DNA from: an uncultured Thermoleophilia bacterium
GTDB lineage: Bacteria; Actinomycetota; Thermoleophilia; UBA2241
Length of the DNA stretch: 64,000 nt
NCBI GenBank assembly: GCA_963709845.1
Contig: CAVPXV010000006.1
Span: forward strand, 346,243 to 410,242
Direction: 5' to 3'
The notes beneath the pieces were generated by a model. It saw nothing but the letters and a program-made list of their open reading frames with translations. It was not told the origin of the DNA and searched no databases. Made by a program: the position numbers and the translations under genes. How positions within the stretch are numbered: the first letter of the stretch is position 1; every line of letters begins with the position of its first letter. Below are positions 19,458 to 28,689 of this stretch, in pieces.

Positions 19458-20234
19458 TCACCGGGTGTCGCCGAGAGTCGCCTCGAGGCCGCGCGCGTCC
19501 CCCTCCTCATCAGCGAGAACGGTGATGCCGGCGTAGCCGAGGCGCGCGAGGTCGGCGCCGAGCGCGTCGGCCTGCCCGCCACCGAGTTCGAGCAAGAGCG
19601 CGCCGCCGCGTCGCAAGAAGCGGGGGCTGTCGCTCAGGACGCGGCGGAGGATCTCGGTGCCATCGCGACCGCCGTCGTAGGCCAGCGGTGACTCGAACGC
19701 GAGGGTGTCACGCTGCAACAACGGCAGCTCGGGCGTCGGCACGTATGGCACCACGCCGACGACGACGTCGACGCCTCCTTCGAGCGTGCGTGGGAGCGGC
19801 GTGAACAGGTCGCCCCGGTAGACCTCCACGCCGTTCGCGGCCGCGCAGGCGACGGCGCGCTCGTCGACGTCGGACGCCACGACGCGCGCGCCGGGGCGCT
19901 CGGTCATCAACACCTTGGCGATCGCTCCGGCCCCGGTGCAGAGGTCGATCGCCGCGCCGTTCCTCGGCAGACGCGCGACGGCGCGACGCGCGAGCGGCTC
20001 GCTCTGCCGGCGCGGAACGTAGACGCCGGGATCGACGCGGATCTCCACGCCGCAGAACGAGACGCTCCCGGTGATCCAGGCGAGTGGCTCGCCGGTGAGG
20101 CGACGTCTCGTGAGCGCGGCGAGGAGTTCGACATCGCCTGCCGCTCGAGCGAGGAGCTCGTCCGCCTCCTCTGGCGCCGCGACAAACCCGGCGCCCGCGA
20201 GCAGCGCGGAGAGCGCGTCGCGATCGTTGGGCAT
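19458..20234 (-). CDS. HemK/PrmC-related SAM-dependent methyltransferase
   Basis: RRLTGEPLAWITG, VYVPRRQSE, IDLCTGAGAIA, AYDGGRDG; NPPY replaced by VVPY. Confidence 0.85.
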   Translation of the reverse strand: MPNDRDALSALLAGAGFVAAPEEADELLARAAGDVELLAALTRRRLTGEPLAWITGSVSFCGVEIRVDPGVYVPRRQSEPLARRAVARLPRNGAAIDLCTGAGAIAKVLMTERPGARVVASDVDERAVACAAANGVEVYRGDLFTPLPRTLEGGVDVVVGVVPYVPTPELPLLQRDTLAFESPLAYDGGRDGTEILRRVLSDSPRFLRRGGALLLELGGGQADALGADLARLGYAGITVLADEEGDARGLEATLGDTR

Positions 20235-20438
20235 CGGCACTCCTAGTCTTTTCGGCACACGCGACCTGCTTTGGGAGCTCGTCGGTCTCCCCCGGCGCCG
20301 GCTGCACGCCCAGTCAGGCGGATTTGTCGCGAGCCTGCTCGGTGACCGGCATTGCCTCCGTGGCTCTGCCGAGCGCCACCAGGCAGCGCCCCTGCCCGAG
20401 CAGCGCCGCGCGCCGGTGGGCAGGGTCGTAGATCACAA

Positions 20439-21233
20439 TCAGTCGGGCACCTTACCGCCGGCGTGGCACTTGATGCAGTCGGCGAGCGCGGCCGCCGACT
20501 GTCCCTCGTGCCCCGACGACACGTTCTGGGGCGTGTGGAAGTGGCAGCCGTAGCAGGTGTAGGTCGAGGTGCCGCCGGGATGGCAGGTCTGGCACGTCGA
20601 CTGCTGCTGGTTGGTGCCGTGGTTCACCGGGAAGATGTCGTGGTTGAAGTTGGCGCCGGCCCAGCTCGAGGTGCCGTGACACCCGCCGCATTGCGTCCCG
20701 AACGCGCCGTGGTGGACGTCGTTCTTGGCGTGGCAGCCGTTGCAGTCGACGGGCGCGCCTTGGAAGTTGGCGCCGGTGTGGCAGGCGCTGCAAAGCAAGG
20801 TGGCGTGCTTGCCCGTGAGCGCGAAGCCGGTCACCGAGTGCGGGAAGCTCGCCGAGTTGAGCGAGGTGAGCACGCCGTTCGGCCCATTGTGGTCGGGGTG
20901 GCAGCCGCCGCAGGGTGCCGAACGCATGGCCGCGAGCGTCCCGTGCAGCCCGCTCTTGCCGCTGATCTGCGTGCCGACGTCGGCGTGGCAGCCGACGCAC
21001 TTGTCGGCCATGCTCTGGGAACTCCAGGGCGCCGTGTGACAGGCGCCGCAGCGGTTGCCGAGCTGGGCGTGGTTCGTGATGCCGCCCAGGGGAGCGGCCC
21101 TCGCCTGCGAGTTCAGCGATCCGGGGCTGAAGAGGAACGGGCTGGCGACGATCGTGACCGCCACGACCACCGCAAGAAGCACGACGGCCACCGCGATGCC
21201 GATGGGTGAGAAGAAGCCCGGTCGCCTGCTCAT
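20439..21233 (-). CDS. Membrane-anchored multiheme cytochrome c (9 CxxCH)
   Basis: N-terminal hydrophobic anchor; CGACH, CVGCH, CGGCH, CSACH, CNGCH, CGGCH, CQTCH, CYGCH, CIKCH. Confidence 0.93.
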   Translation of the reverse strand: MSRRPGFFSPIGIAVAVVLLAVVVAVTIVASPFLFSPGSLNSQARAAPLGGITNHAQLGNRCGACHTAPWSSQSMADKCVGCHADVGTQISGKSGLHGTLAAMRSAPCGGCHPDHNGPNGVLTSLNSASFPHSVTGFALTGKHATLLCSACHTGANFQGAPVDCNGCHAKNDVHHGAFGTQCGGCHGTSSWAGANFNHDIFPVNHGTNQQQSTCQTCHPGGTSTYTCYGCHFHTPQNVSSGHEGQSAAALADCIKCHAGGKVPD

Positions 21234-21254
21234 CGTCGCGTCACCTGCCTCGAG

Positions 21255-21881
21255 CTATCGCTGTAGGGTCGCGTAGTAGAGCGCCGCCACCACGTGGATG
21301 AAGGCGGCGGCGAAGAGCGCCCACGTGAGCGGTATGTGCACCATGTGCCAGGTCGCGAGCGCCCTTCTGCGTCTCGCGATCCGCTCGCGATCCTCGTCCC
21401 GTGCGCTCGCGGCGACCACGTCGTCGATCGTCCGCGGCACCCTCGTGTAGATGTAGCGCCCCACGAGGCCGCTGATGACGACCACCACGGTCAGGAGCAT
21501 CGCCAGCCCGGCGAGGCCGTTGAACTTCATCGACGTGTGCAGCAGCACCATGTACGGCCCCACGAGGCCCATGACCATGTGGCTCTTCAGCCAGACGGCC
21601 GTGCTTCCCCAGCGCGCGTCACTGCGCAGCTTGCGCAGCGAGTAGAGGGTCACCGTCGCCAGCATGAGGATGAAGCCGGCGATCCCGATGCCGTGGCCGA
21701 TGAGGCTCGACGCCCTGGGGAGTGCGCTGGCCTGCACGGAGGCGAACGCGTACAGCGCCGTGACTGCGACGATCGCGATGAGCGCGTACCAGAGCTCGGG
21801 CGAGCGCCCGAACATCTTCCGCGCCGGCCGTGCCGGCGCCGCGATCGAGCTCGCCGTGAGTTCCTGCTGCTGCCTAGGCAA
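21255..21881 (-). CDS. Polytopic membrane protein with conserved histidines (cytochrome b-like)
   Basis: About 5 TM helices; GHGIG, WLKSHM, LLHTS, WHMVHIP, FIHV; TTG start with AAGGAG overlapping the upstream stop. Confidence 0.78.
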   Translation of the reverse strand: MPRQQQELTASSIAAPARPARKMFGRSPELWYALIAIVAVTALYAFASVQASALPRASSLIGHGIGIAGFILMLATVTLYSLRKLRSDARWGSTAVWLKSHMVMGLVGPYMVLLHTSMKFNGLAGLAMLLTVVVVISGLVGRYIYTRVPRTIDDVVAASARDEDRERIARRRRALATWHMVHIPLTWALFAAAFIHVVAALYYATLQR

Positions 21882-23202
21882 GCTGCTCCTTCCACTCGCG
21901 CCAGCAGACCTCGACGAGCTCGGCGATCGCGGCCCCCGCCGCCTTGAGGTTCGCGGCGATGCTGCCCACGTCGGCGCGCGCCTCGATGAGGTCCTGCAGC
22001 GGGAACGACAGGGACTGGTCGCCCATGACGACCGCGCCGGCGAGGGTGCGCTCCCCCACGGCGAGCCGCACGCGGGCGCCGTGGGTCTGCGTCTCGACGG
22101 CCACGGCGTCGCCGATCTCGGACCAGGTCTGGCTGGCGCCGCGCTGCAGGCCCTCGAGATCGGCGTCCCTGCCGCCGCTGCCGACACTGCCGACGGTGCC
22201 GATGATCGTCGTCTTGAGGCCGGCCAGTCTCGTGACGTTGAGGGGAATGCCCTGCTCGTATGCGTGGACGGGCTCGCTGGTCATGTTCAGGCCGGCGGCG
22301 CGACCTTTGAGCACCGCCGAGTTCCACAGGACCTCCATCGTGCGGCGGCCCGTGGCGGGGTCGGCGGCCTCGGCCACGTCGCCCGCCGCGTAGACGTCCT
22401 CATCGCTGGAACGGAGGTACTCGTCGACCAGGATCCCCCGTCCGCATGCCAACCCCGCCTCCCGAGCCAGCTCGATGCGGGCGTGGACGCCGATCGCGAC
22501 CGCCACGAGGTCGCAGGGGATCCGCTTGCCGTCGCCGGTCTCGACGGCAGCCACGCGGCCGTCGCGGCCGAGGATGCCGGCGAGCTCCGTGTAGTTGTGG
22601 ACGCGCACGCCTCGGCCGACCAGTTCCTGCTCCACGACGTGAGACTCGGTCTCGGACAGCACGTTTCTCCAGTAGCGGTCCTGACGCATGAAGTAGTCCA
22701 CCGGCACGCCGTGCGCGTGCAGGCCCTCGACGATCTCGAGAGCCGTGATGCCTCCTCCGACGACCACCGCTCCCTTGGCGCCTCGGCTTCTGCGGATGAT
22801 GTCGTTGGCGTCATCGAGGTCGTCCAGCTTGACCACGCCGTCCAGCTCGGCGCCCGGCACCTTGGCGGGGATGGCCGTGGAACCGGTGGCGATCAGCAGG
22901 CGGTCGTAGCCGAGTTCCCGGCCACTCTCGAGCGTCACCCTGTGCGCCTTGGTGTCGATGCCGTCGGCGCGCTCGTTGACGATGGTGAGGCCAAGGCCGA
23001 CGAGGCCCTCGGCCGAGAACGGCCGCAGCCACTTCTCGGGGATCTCCTTGGCAAGGTAGTAGGCGAGGCCGGGGCGGGAGTAGTAGCCGTGCGGATCGGC
23101 GCCGACGACCACGATCTCGGCGCCCGCGTCGGCACCGCGGATCGCCTCGGCCGCGGCGATGGCCCCCGGCCCGATGCCGATGAGCACGTGGCGCCTGGCC
23201 AT
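21874..23202 (-). CDS. NAD(P)/FAD-dependent oxidoreductase (NirB N-terminal / rubredoxin reductase-like)
   Basis: VLIGIGPGAIAAA, LLIATGS, VVVGGGITALE, YAAGDVA. Confidence 0.9.
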   Translation of the reverse strand: MARRHVLIGIGPGAIAAAEAIRGADAGAEIVVVGADPHGYYSRPGLAYYLAKEIPEKWLRPFSAEGLVGLGLTIVNERADGIDTKAHRVTLESGRELGYDRLLIATGSTAIPAKVPGAELDGVVKLDDLDDANDIIRRSRGAKGAVVVGGGITALEIVEGLHAHGVPVDYFMRQDRYWRNVLSETESHVVEQELVGRGVRVHNYTELAGILGRDGRVAAVETGDGKRIPCDLVAVAIGVHARIELAREAGLACGRGILVDEYLRSSDEDVYAAGDVAEAADPATGRRTMEVLWNSAVLKGRAAGLNMTSEPVHAYEQGIPLNVTRLAGLKTTIIGTVGSVGSGGRDADLEGLQRGASQTWSEIGDAVAVETQTHGARVRLAVGERTLAGAVVMGDQSLSFPLQDLIEARADVGSIAANLKAAGAAIAELVEVCWREWKEQLA

Positions 23203-23203
23203 G

Positions 23204-23473
23204 TCAGCGCCCTCCCTGGGCACGGCCGCCGTGGGTGCCGGCGATGGGCTCGAAGCGAAGCAGGCCGCGCGGGCAGCGCTTGATGCACTCTCCGCAGGTC
23301 AGGCAGCGGCTGTCCTTCACGGGCTCGCCGAGCCACACGTGGCGCCTGACGTCGATCTCGATGGGGCAGTTGAACGAGCAGACGCCGCACTGGACGCAGC
23401 GGATCGGCTCCGGCAAGACCCACGCCGTCGCGAGGGCGGCATACTTCTCCCTGTCCGCACTGAACCAGCCCAT
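23204..23473 (-). CDS. 2[4Fe-4S] ferredoxin-like protein
   Basis: CVQCGVCSFNCP and CLTCGECIKRCP; GGGAGG RBS. Confidence 0.88.
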   Translation of the reverse strand: MGWFSADREKYAALATAWVLPEPIRCVQCGVCSFNCPIEIDVRRHVWLGEPVKDSRCLTCGECIKRCPRGLLRFEPIAGTHGGRAQGGR

Positions 23474-23530
23474 GGTGATGCCGTAGCCCTCCCTGAGGTC
23501 TGCCCTGACTCGCACGCGGCGTGGGACGAG

Positions 23531-23564
23531 TCGCGACCAGTATCTCATCGCGACCAGTATCTCA
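23531..23564. repeat. Perfect 17-bp tandem duplication upstream of the redox operon
   Basis: TCGCGACCAGTATCTCA at 23531-23547 and 23548-23564. Confidence 0.9.
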
Positions 23565-23640
23565 TCAACGCGCCAGCGAGGGGAGCCGTGCGTTGCCGGC
23601 CGCCATCGCGCCGCCCGTGCTCCATTCGCAGGAGAGAAGT

Positions 23641-23686
23641 TGGAGGCGGCGACCGGAGTCGAACCGGTGATGGAGGTCTTGCAGAC
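23641..23686 (-). other. 3' half of tRNA-Cys(GCA); probable att-site duplication
   Basis: Minus strand GTCTGCAAGACCTCCATCACCGGTTCGACTCCGGTCGCCGCCTCCA: anticodon loop, T arm and CCA end; no D arm or 5' acceptor strand upstream. Confidence 0.85.
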
Positions 23687-24023
23687 GTCCGTCGGCGGTG
23701 CTGGGCAGTAGTCCACCCTGTGCGATGAGGCCATGCGCCGCGTCGCTCACATGCTCCATCTGGAGGAGGGCGCGGGACCCGGATGCGGGCGTCTTAGCCG
23801 AGGTGGGGGACACGAGTGCAGGCAAGGGTCGTCATCTCGAACAGGCGCCCGCAATAGACCAGCTCTCAGACGCCGGACGCCGCCACGCAGCGCGTGATCT
23901 GCGTCGGACAGTCCTGCGGGGTCGTTCGGCCAGTGCCAAGCATCTCGGCGCTCCTCCCTTCGGACGCAAAGCCAGCGTGCCGTCGAGAGAAGCCGCGTCG
24001 CTCTTACGCCTTGAGCGTATCCA

Positions 24024-24533
24024 CTATCGGAGGTCGCCGCCGCGGCCGACCGTGAGGGGGAGCAGCGCGGGGCGGGGTATGCGCCGAGCATGTCCGGGAG
24101 GGCGCCGCGCGGCTGGCCTGGGGGGCTGCCCTATGCCGTCACACTCGGCCTGAGACGGTGACCACGGCCCGCCGCGAACCGCCAAGCCCGCCGCCAGGGC
24201 ACCGGTCAAAGTGGCGAGCAGGGCGAGGCCGGCCGCCTGCTGGGCCTCGCCGCCGAGCGGCCCGCTGGCGAACGGATCACCGCCCCAGGACTTCTGCGCG
24301 AGGCCACGCGCCCAGTCGCGGCCGAGGTACTCCATCTGCAGCGTCGAGAACGACACCGCGCTACGCCCGCGAGATGACTCGGAGAGGTGAGTACAGGGGC
24401 GCGTCGTCAGCGTGAAGCGTTGCGCGCCGCAGGCGAGGATGCGCTCGCCGGGCGCGGCGATGCAGCGTGCATGGTCGTCATCGGGGAGTCGCTTGGGGTC
24501 GTTCTCCCAGACCCACTCCAGCGGGACCTTCAC
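24024..24533 (-). CDS. Hypothetical protein (possibly decayed)
   Basis: GAGGAG RBS before GTG, TATACT -10 near 24605; one hydrophobic segment; C-terminal part doubtful. Confidence 0.4.
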   Translation of the reverse strand: MKVPLEWVWENDPKRLPDDDHARCIAAPGERILACGAQRFTLTTRPCTHLSESSRGRSAVSFSTLQMEYLGRDWARGLAQKSWGGDPFASGPLGGEAQQAAGLALLATLTGALAAGLAVRGGPWSPSQAECDGIGQPPRPAARRPPGHARRIPRPALLPLTVGRGGDLR

Positions 24534-24674
24534 CCTGGCACTCCTCGCCTCGGCCTTGGGGCCAGCGTGCCATCGTGTGAAGCCGCGTCGGTCTGACTTT
24601 TTTAGTATACACCTTGGGCGGCACGTCCTGGGGCGGGCGCCGGTCGCTCCGAGATCGCCGCGGTGCCGACGAGG

Positions 24675-25235
24675 CTAGCGGCGGACGCCGGGCAAGTCCC
24701 GTTCCATGTGAAGCGTCGTGCCGTGTTCGTCGGAGAGGATCTCCAGGTCGTCCATGAGGTTGCTGATCAGGAACAGCCCGCGTCCGTGCTCGCCCATCAG
24801 GTCGGGCTCCGCGTCACTGTCGATCTGCGACGGGTCGAAGCCTGGTCCCCCGTCGCTGACGTCGAGCGTGAAATGGTCGTCGCGCAGGTCGGCGAAGACG
24901 CCCACGGGGCTGCCCGGCGCGTGCGCGACCGCGTTGATGAGCGCTTCGTCGGCGCAGAGCACGATCAGTCGCGTGGCAGCATCGTCGACGTCGTTCGCGG
25001 TCAGATAGGTCGTGAGAGCCTCGCGCAGCACAGTAGCCGATGACGGCCGAGCCGCGAACCGGCGCCGGAACGCGTCGGCGCGCTGCCGCCGCCCACGGCT
25101 GGTATCGCTGCCGGCGGCCCCGACGGCCACGAGACCAGGGGTGCTGCCCCTCGTGGCCGTGACAGTAGCCGCCATGTGGCGCGGGGTGGGATCGACTGTG
25201 GTCTCCATCTTCCCCTTGACTGCCCCGGTCCTCAT
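24675..25235 (-). CDS. Anti-sigma factor / RsbW-like serine kinase (HATPase_c_2)
   Basis: LCADEALINAVAH, VSDGGPGFD, GEHGRGLFLISNLMDD. Confidence 0.85.
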   Translation of the reverse strand: MRTGAVKGKMETTVDPTPRHMAATVTATRGSTPGLVAVGAAGSDTSRGRRQRADAFRRRFAARPSSATVLREALTTYLTANDVDDAATRLIVLCADEALINAVAHAPGSPVGVFADLRDDHFTLDVSDGGPGFDPSQIDSDAEPDLMGEHGRGLFLISNLMDDLEILSDEHGTTLHMERDLPGVRR

Positions 25236-25389
25236 GGCTCCCACCCCTCCGCTGCTCCCTCGGGTCACCGATGTGGTCGTGGCTCAAGTGTGGCCCTGGG
25301 GGTGGGGCGGGCGCGCCGGCCATCGGGGGAGATCCTGACCTGCTGATGCGGGGAGTCTTTGCCCTGGTCAGACGGGCAGGGGGCGGCGT

Positions 25390-27637
25390 CTACGGGCGCC
25401 AGACGGCGCGGACACAGGTGCCGTCGTCGCTCGACGACAGCTCGAGCCGCGCCCCGATCGACTCGGCCCGCTCGGCCATGATGACGAGCCCGAGGCGGCC
25501 GGACGACCCGGCCGTCACATCGAAGCCACAGCCGTCGTCGGTGATGACCAGCTCGAGCAGGTCGCCCCCATCGTCATGACCGTCGCGCAGGCTCACGAGG
25601 ACCTGTTCGGCCCCTGCGTGCTTGACGACGTTGTTGAGCGCTTCCTGGGCGATGCGGTACATGGCAACGGCCACCTCGGGCGGCAGTTCCCGCGTACTGT
25701 CGACAGCGAGTTCGACGGGGATGCGCGCTCGCCCCACCACGGCCTCACCCAGCTGGCGGAGCAGGTCGGGAAGGCTCGTCTCGGCGAGCGCCGCCGGCCG
25801 CAGCTCGAGCAGCAGCATGCGCATCTCGGCCAAGGCCCCTCGTGTCAGCTGCCGCAGCTCCTCCAGCCGTTGCCTGCCCTGTTCGGGGTCGCGCTCGTAG
25901 ATGCGGGGCAGGACCTCGGCCGTCAAGCTCACGGAGAACAGGGTCTGGCTGACGGCATCGTGCAGGTCGCGCGCGAGCCGCTGCCGCTCCTTGGCGGCGG
26001 CCAGCTCGCGCGCGTTCTGGTACAGCCGCGTGTTCTCCACGGCGATCGCCAGCTGGTCGGCCAGCGTCGTGATCGCGAACAGGTCCTGCTCGTCCAGGGG
26101 ATGGGGGCTGCGCGACGTGATGTCGAGCACGCCGGCGAGGCTGGCGCCCACGCGGATCGGCACGGCGATCTCGGAGAGGGATCCCTTCTCAGGCTCCTCT
26201 TGAGACGTCTGCCCGCCCTCGCGCTGTGGCTCGTTCTCCAGGAGCGGTTCGCCCGTCCGTACGACCGACTGCCACCGCCGGCAGCCGGCCGAGATCGGCG
26301 ACCTCCATGTCGCACCGCTCCTCAGTCGCGCCCCGGCTGCACGAGAGCAGCTGCGCCGACCCTTCCTCTGCGAGAAGGAGGATGCGGACGCTGTCGTAGT
26401 CGAAGGTCCGCAGGAGCGAGCCCGCGACGTAGGGCAGCAACTCGTCGAGGTCGAGGATCGAGCTGATCTGCCGTCCCGCTTCGTTGATGGCGCGCAGGTG
26501 ATGGGTGCGCTTCTCCAGGCTGCGCACCAGGTCGCGAAGCCGGTGGGTCATGCGGTTGAACGCGTGGGCGAGCTTGCCGATCTCGTCGTTGCGCCTGACC
26601 GGCGCCTCGAGGTCCAGATCTCCATCGGCGATCAGGCTCGCGGTGTCGCCAAGCTCCGACAGCGGACGCACGATGCTGCGGATGAGGACGATCCCGACGA
26701 GGATGGCGAGGAGCGCGGCGACCAGCGCCACGCCTCCGGCGGTCCACAGGGCCAGCTGCGTGGCGTGCAGCGCTTCGGCCTCGCCCTGCTCCGCCAGCAG
26801 CCCCACCTTCAATCCCGGTATCCACTTGTACACTCCGATCACCGTGACGCCGGCATAGCCCTGATACGTGGCGAAACCGGATCTGGTCCTGTCGACCGCC
26901 TGGGTGGAACCCGCGGTGCGGATGTACGTATCGGGGATGGAGTAGCCAGGTCGGCGAAGGTCGGTCAGCAGACGGTGGTTGGAGCCGATGAGGTACGTCT
27001 CGCCGGTCTGACCCAGCCCAGCCCGGCCGACCATGAGCGCGTTGAGGCTCTCCAGATTCGCCCGCCCGGCCAGTACGCCGATAGCGGCGTCGTGATAGGT
27101 GACGGGACAGCTGGCGACGACCGTCATCTTGTTGAGCGAGAGCGAATAGGAGGGCTCCTGGATGAACTCGTTGCGCATCCCCTCGGTGAAGTAGTCGTTC
27201 ATCCCGAGCTGCTGCTGCTCGTGGCCTCTCTCCGTCGACAGCAGGACCTCGCCCTTCGGCCCCATGAAGAAGAGCTCCTCGAAGAGGCCCATGCGCTTGG
27301 CGGCCCAGGTGAACCGGCGCAGGACCCGAGCGTGGGCCGCCTGGTAGGCGGCCGAGGTCGGAGCGGCCTGGGTGAGCGTGTGCAGGTCCGCGGAGATCTC
27401 CTCGGCTGACAGCACGATGTCGAGGTTCAGCCGCAACCCTCCGACCCAGGAATCGACCTCCTGCTGCTTCAGCGTCGCGACCGACTCCAGCTGGCCGACC
27501 ACGCGGTCATGCGCGTCGCGGGACACGAGGAGCGCGGTGACGATGCTGATGGCGATCGCCGTGAACGCCACGATGAACACGCAGTAGAGGAGAAGTCTGT
27601 TCCTGATCGTCCATGACCCGGGGAGCCTGAAGCGCAT
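25390..27637 (-). CDS. Sensor histidine kinase (TM-Cache-TM-HAMP-GAF-HisKA_3-HATPase), disrupted near 26190-26300
   Basis: Two TMs, HAMP RNDEIGKLAHAFNRM, ERQRLARDLHDAVSQ, QEALNNVVKHA, DDGCGF. Confidence 0.88.
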
Positions 27638-27698
27638 GACAAGGCCTTCCGCTAGTCGAGGGTCGGACGCATGGGCGCGGGCGCGGCCGAGGGCCCGG

Positions 27699-28689
27699 TC
27701 AGGGCCCGGGCGCGAGGTAGGTCATGGTGTAGCCCGGGTGGGCGCGGTCGTAGCCAGCTCCCATGAGCTGGCGCCACCGCGCCTCGTCGATCCAGCCGAT
27801 CGCGGCCTGGGGCGTGTCCACCAGGGGGCCCACGGCACGTACCGCCAGCTTCTGGAAGGCCAAGCCGGGCTTCGGCGCCCACTTGAGGAGGATCTGCGCC
27901 GCCTCGTCCGGGTGTTCCACGGCGTAGCGCCAGCCCTGCTGGCTGGCCCGCACGAACCGCCGGACAAGCTGGGGGTCGGCCTTGACGGTGCTGTCGTTGA
28001 CGAGCACAAGGCCCTCGTAGCCGCCTACGCCATAGTCGGCGGGGAAGATGGTGCGCACCGGGTGGCCGGCCATCTCCGCCTGGATCGGCTCGTCCTGCGC
28101 ATAGCCGAGCCAGGCGTCGACGCGGTGGTCGTAGAGAGCCTGCAGATCTTCCGCGTCGACCTTGACGGTCTTGACCGTGGACGGGTCGACGCCGGCCGCT
28201 TTGAGAGTCTCCTCGAGCACGCCCTTCCAGTAGTCGGTCGTGATGCCCACTCGCTTCCCCGCCAGGTCGGCAGGCTTCGCGATGCCCGACTCTGCAAGCG
28301 AGAAGATGACGAGCGGCGGTATCTGGAAGGCGGCCATGACTGCCGTGACCGGCTTGCGCTGGGCCACGAGGTCCTTCAGCTCCCCGAAGGAGGAGATGGC
28401 GAACGTTGCCGACTTGTCCAGCACATGGTTGACCGCGGGATCGCCCGGACCCCCTTCGCGGATGTCGACGTTCAGGCCGTTCGCCTTGTAGAAGCCCCTG
28501 GCCGCGGCGACGTAGTACCCGGCGAACTCGGCCTCGTGGAACCAGTTGAGCTGCAGCGAGACCTTGGCGGGCGCGGACGTCTCGACCGGGGCGGGCGAAC
28601 TGCCGCAGGCGGTGAGCAGAAGGCCCGGCGACGCCCAACGCCAGCGCGCCGGCCAGGGCCACGAGGACGCGTCGGCGCGCGAGGCTCAT
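27699..28689 (-). CDS. NMT1/THI5 family substrate-binding lipoprotein (frameshift near 28625)
   Basis: MSLARRRVLVALAG signal, lipobox LTAC, then VSLQLNWFHEAEFAGYYVAAARGFYKANGLNVDIREGG. Confidence 0.85.

Noticed and set aside
23641-23715. Intact tRNA-Cys gene
   Set aside because: No 5' acceptor strand or D arm; the anticodon stem pairing breaks upstream
23955-24020. c-di-GMP-I riboswitch suggested by GGACGCAAAGCC
   Set aside because: The upstream GGCAAA and GNRA-capped P2 stem are missing and no plus-strand gene follows
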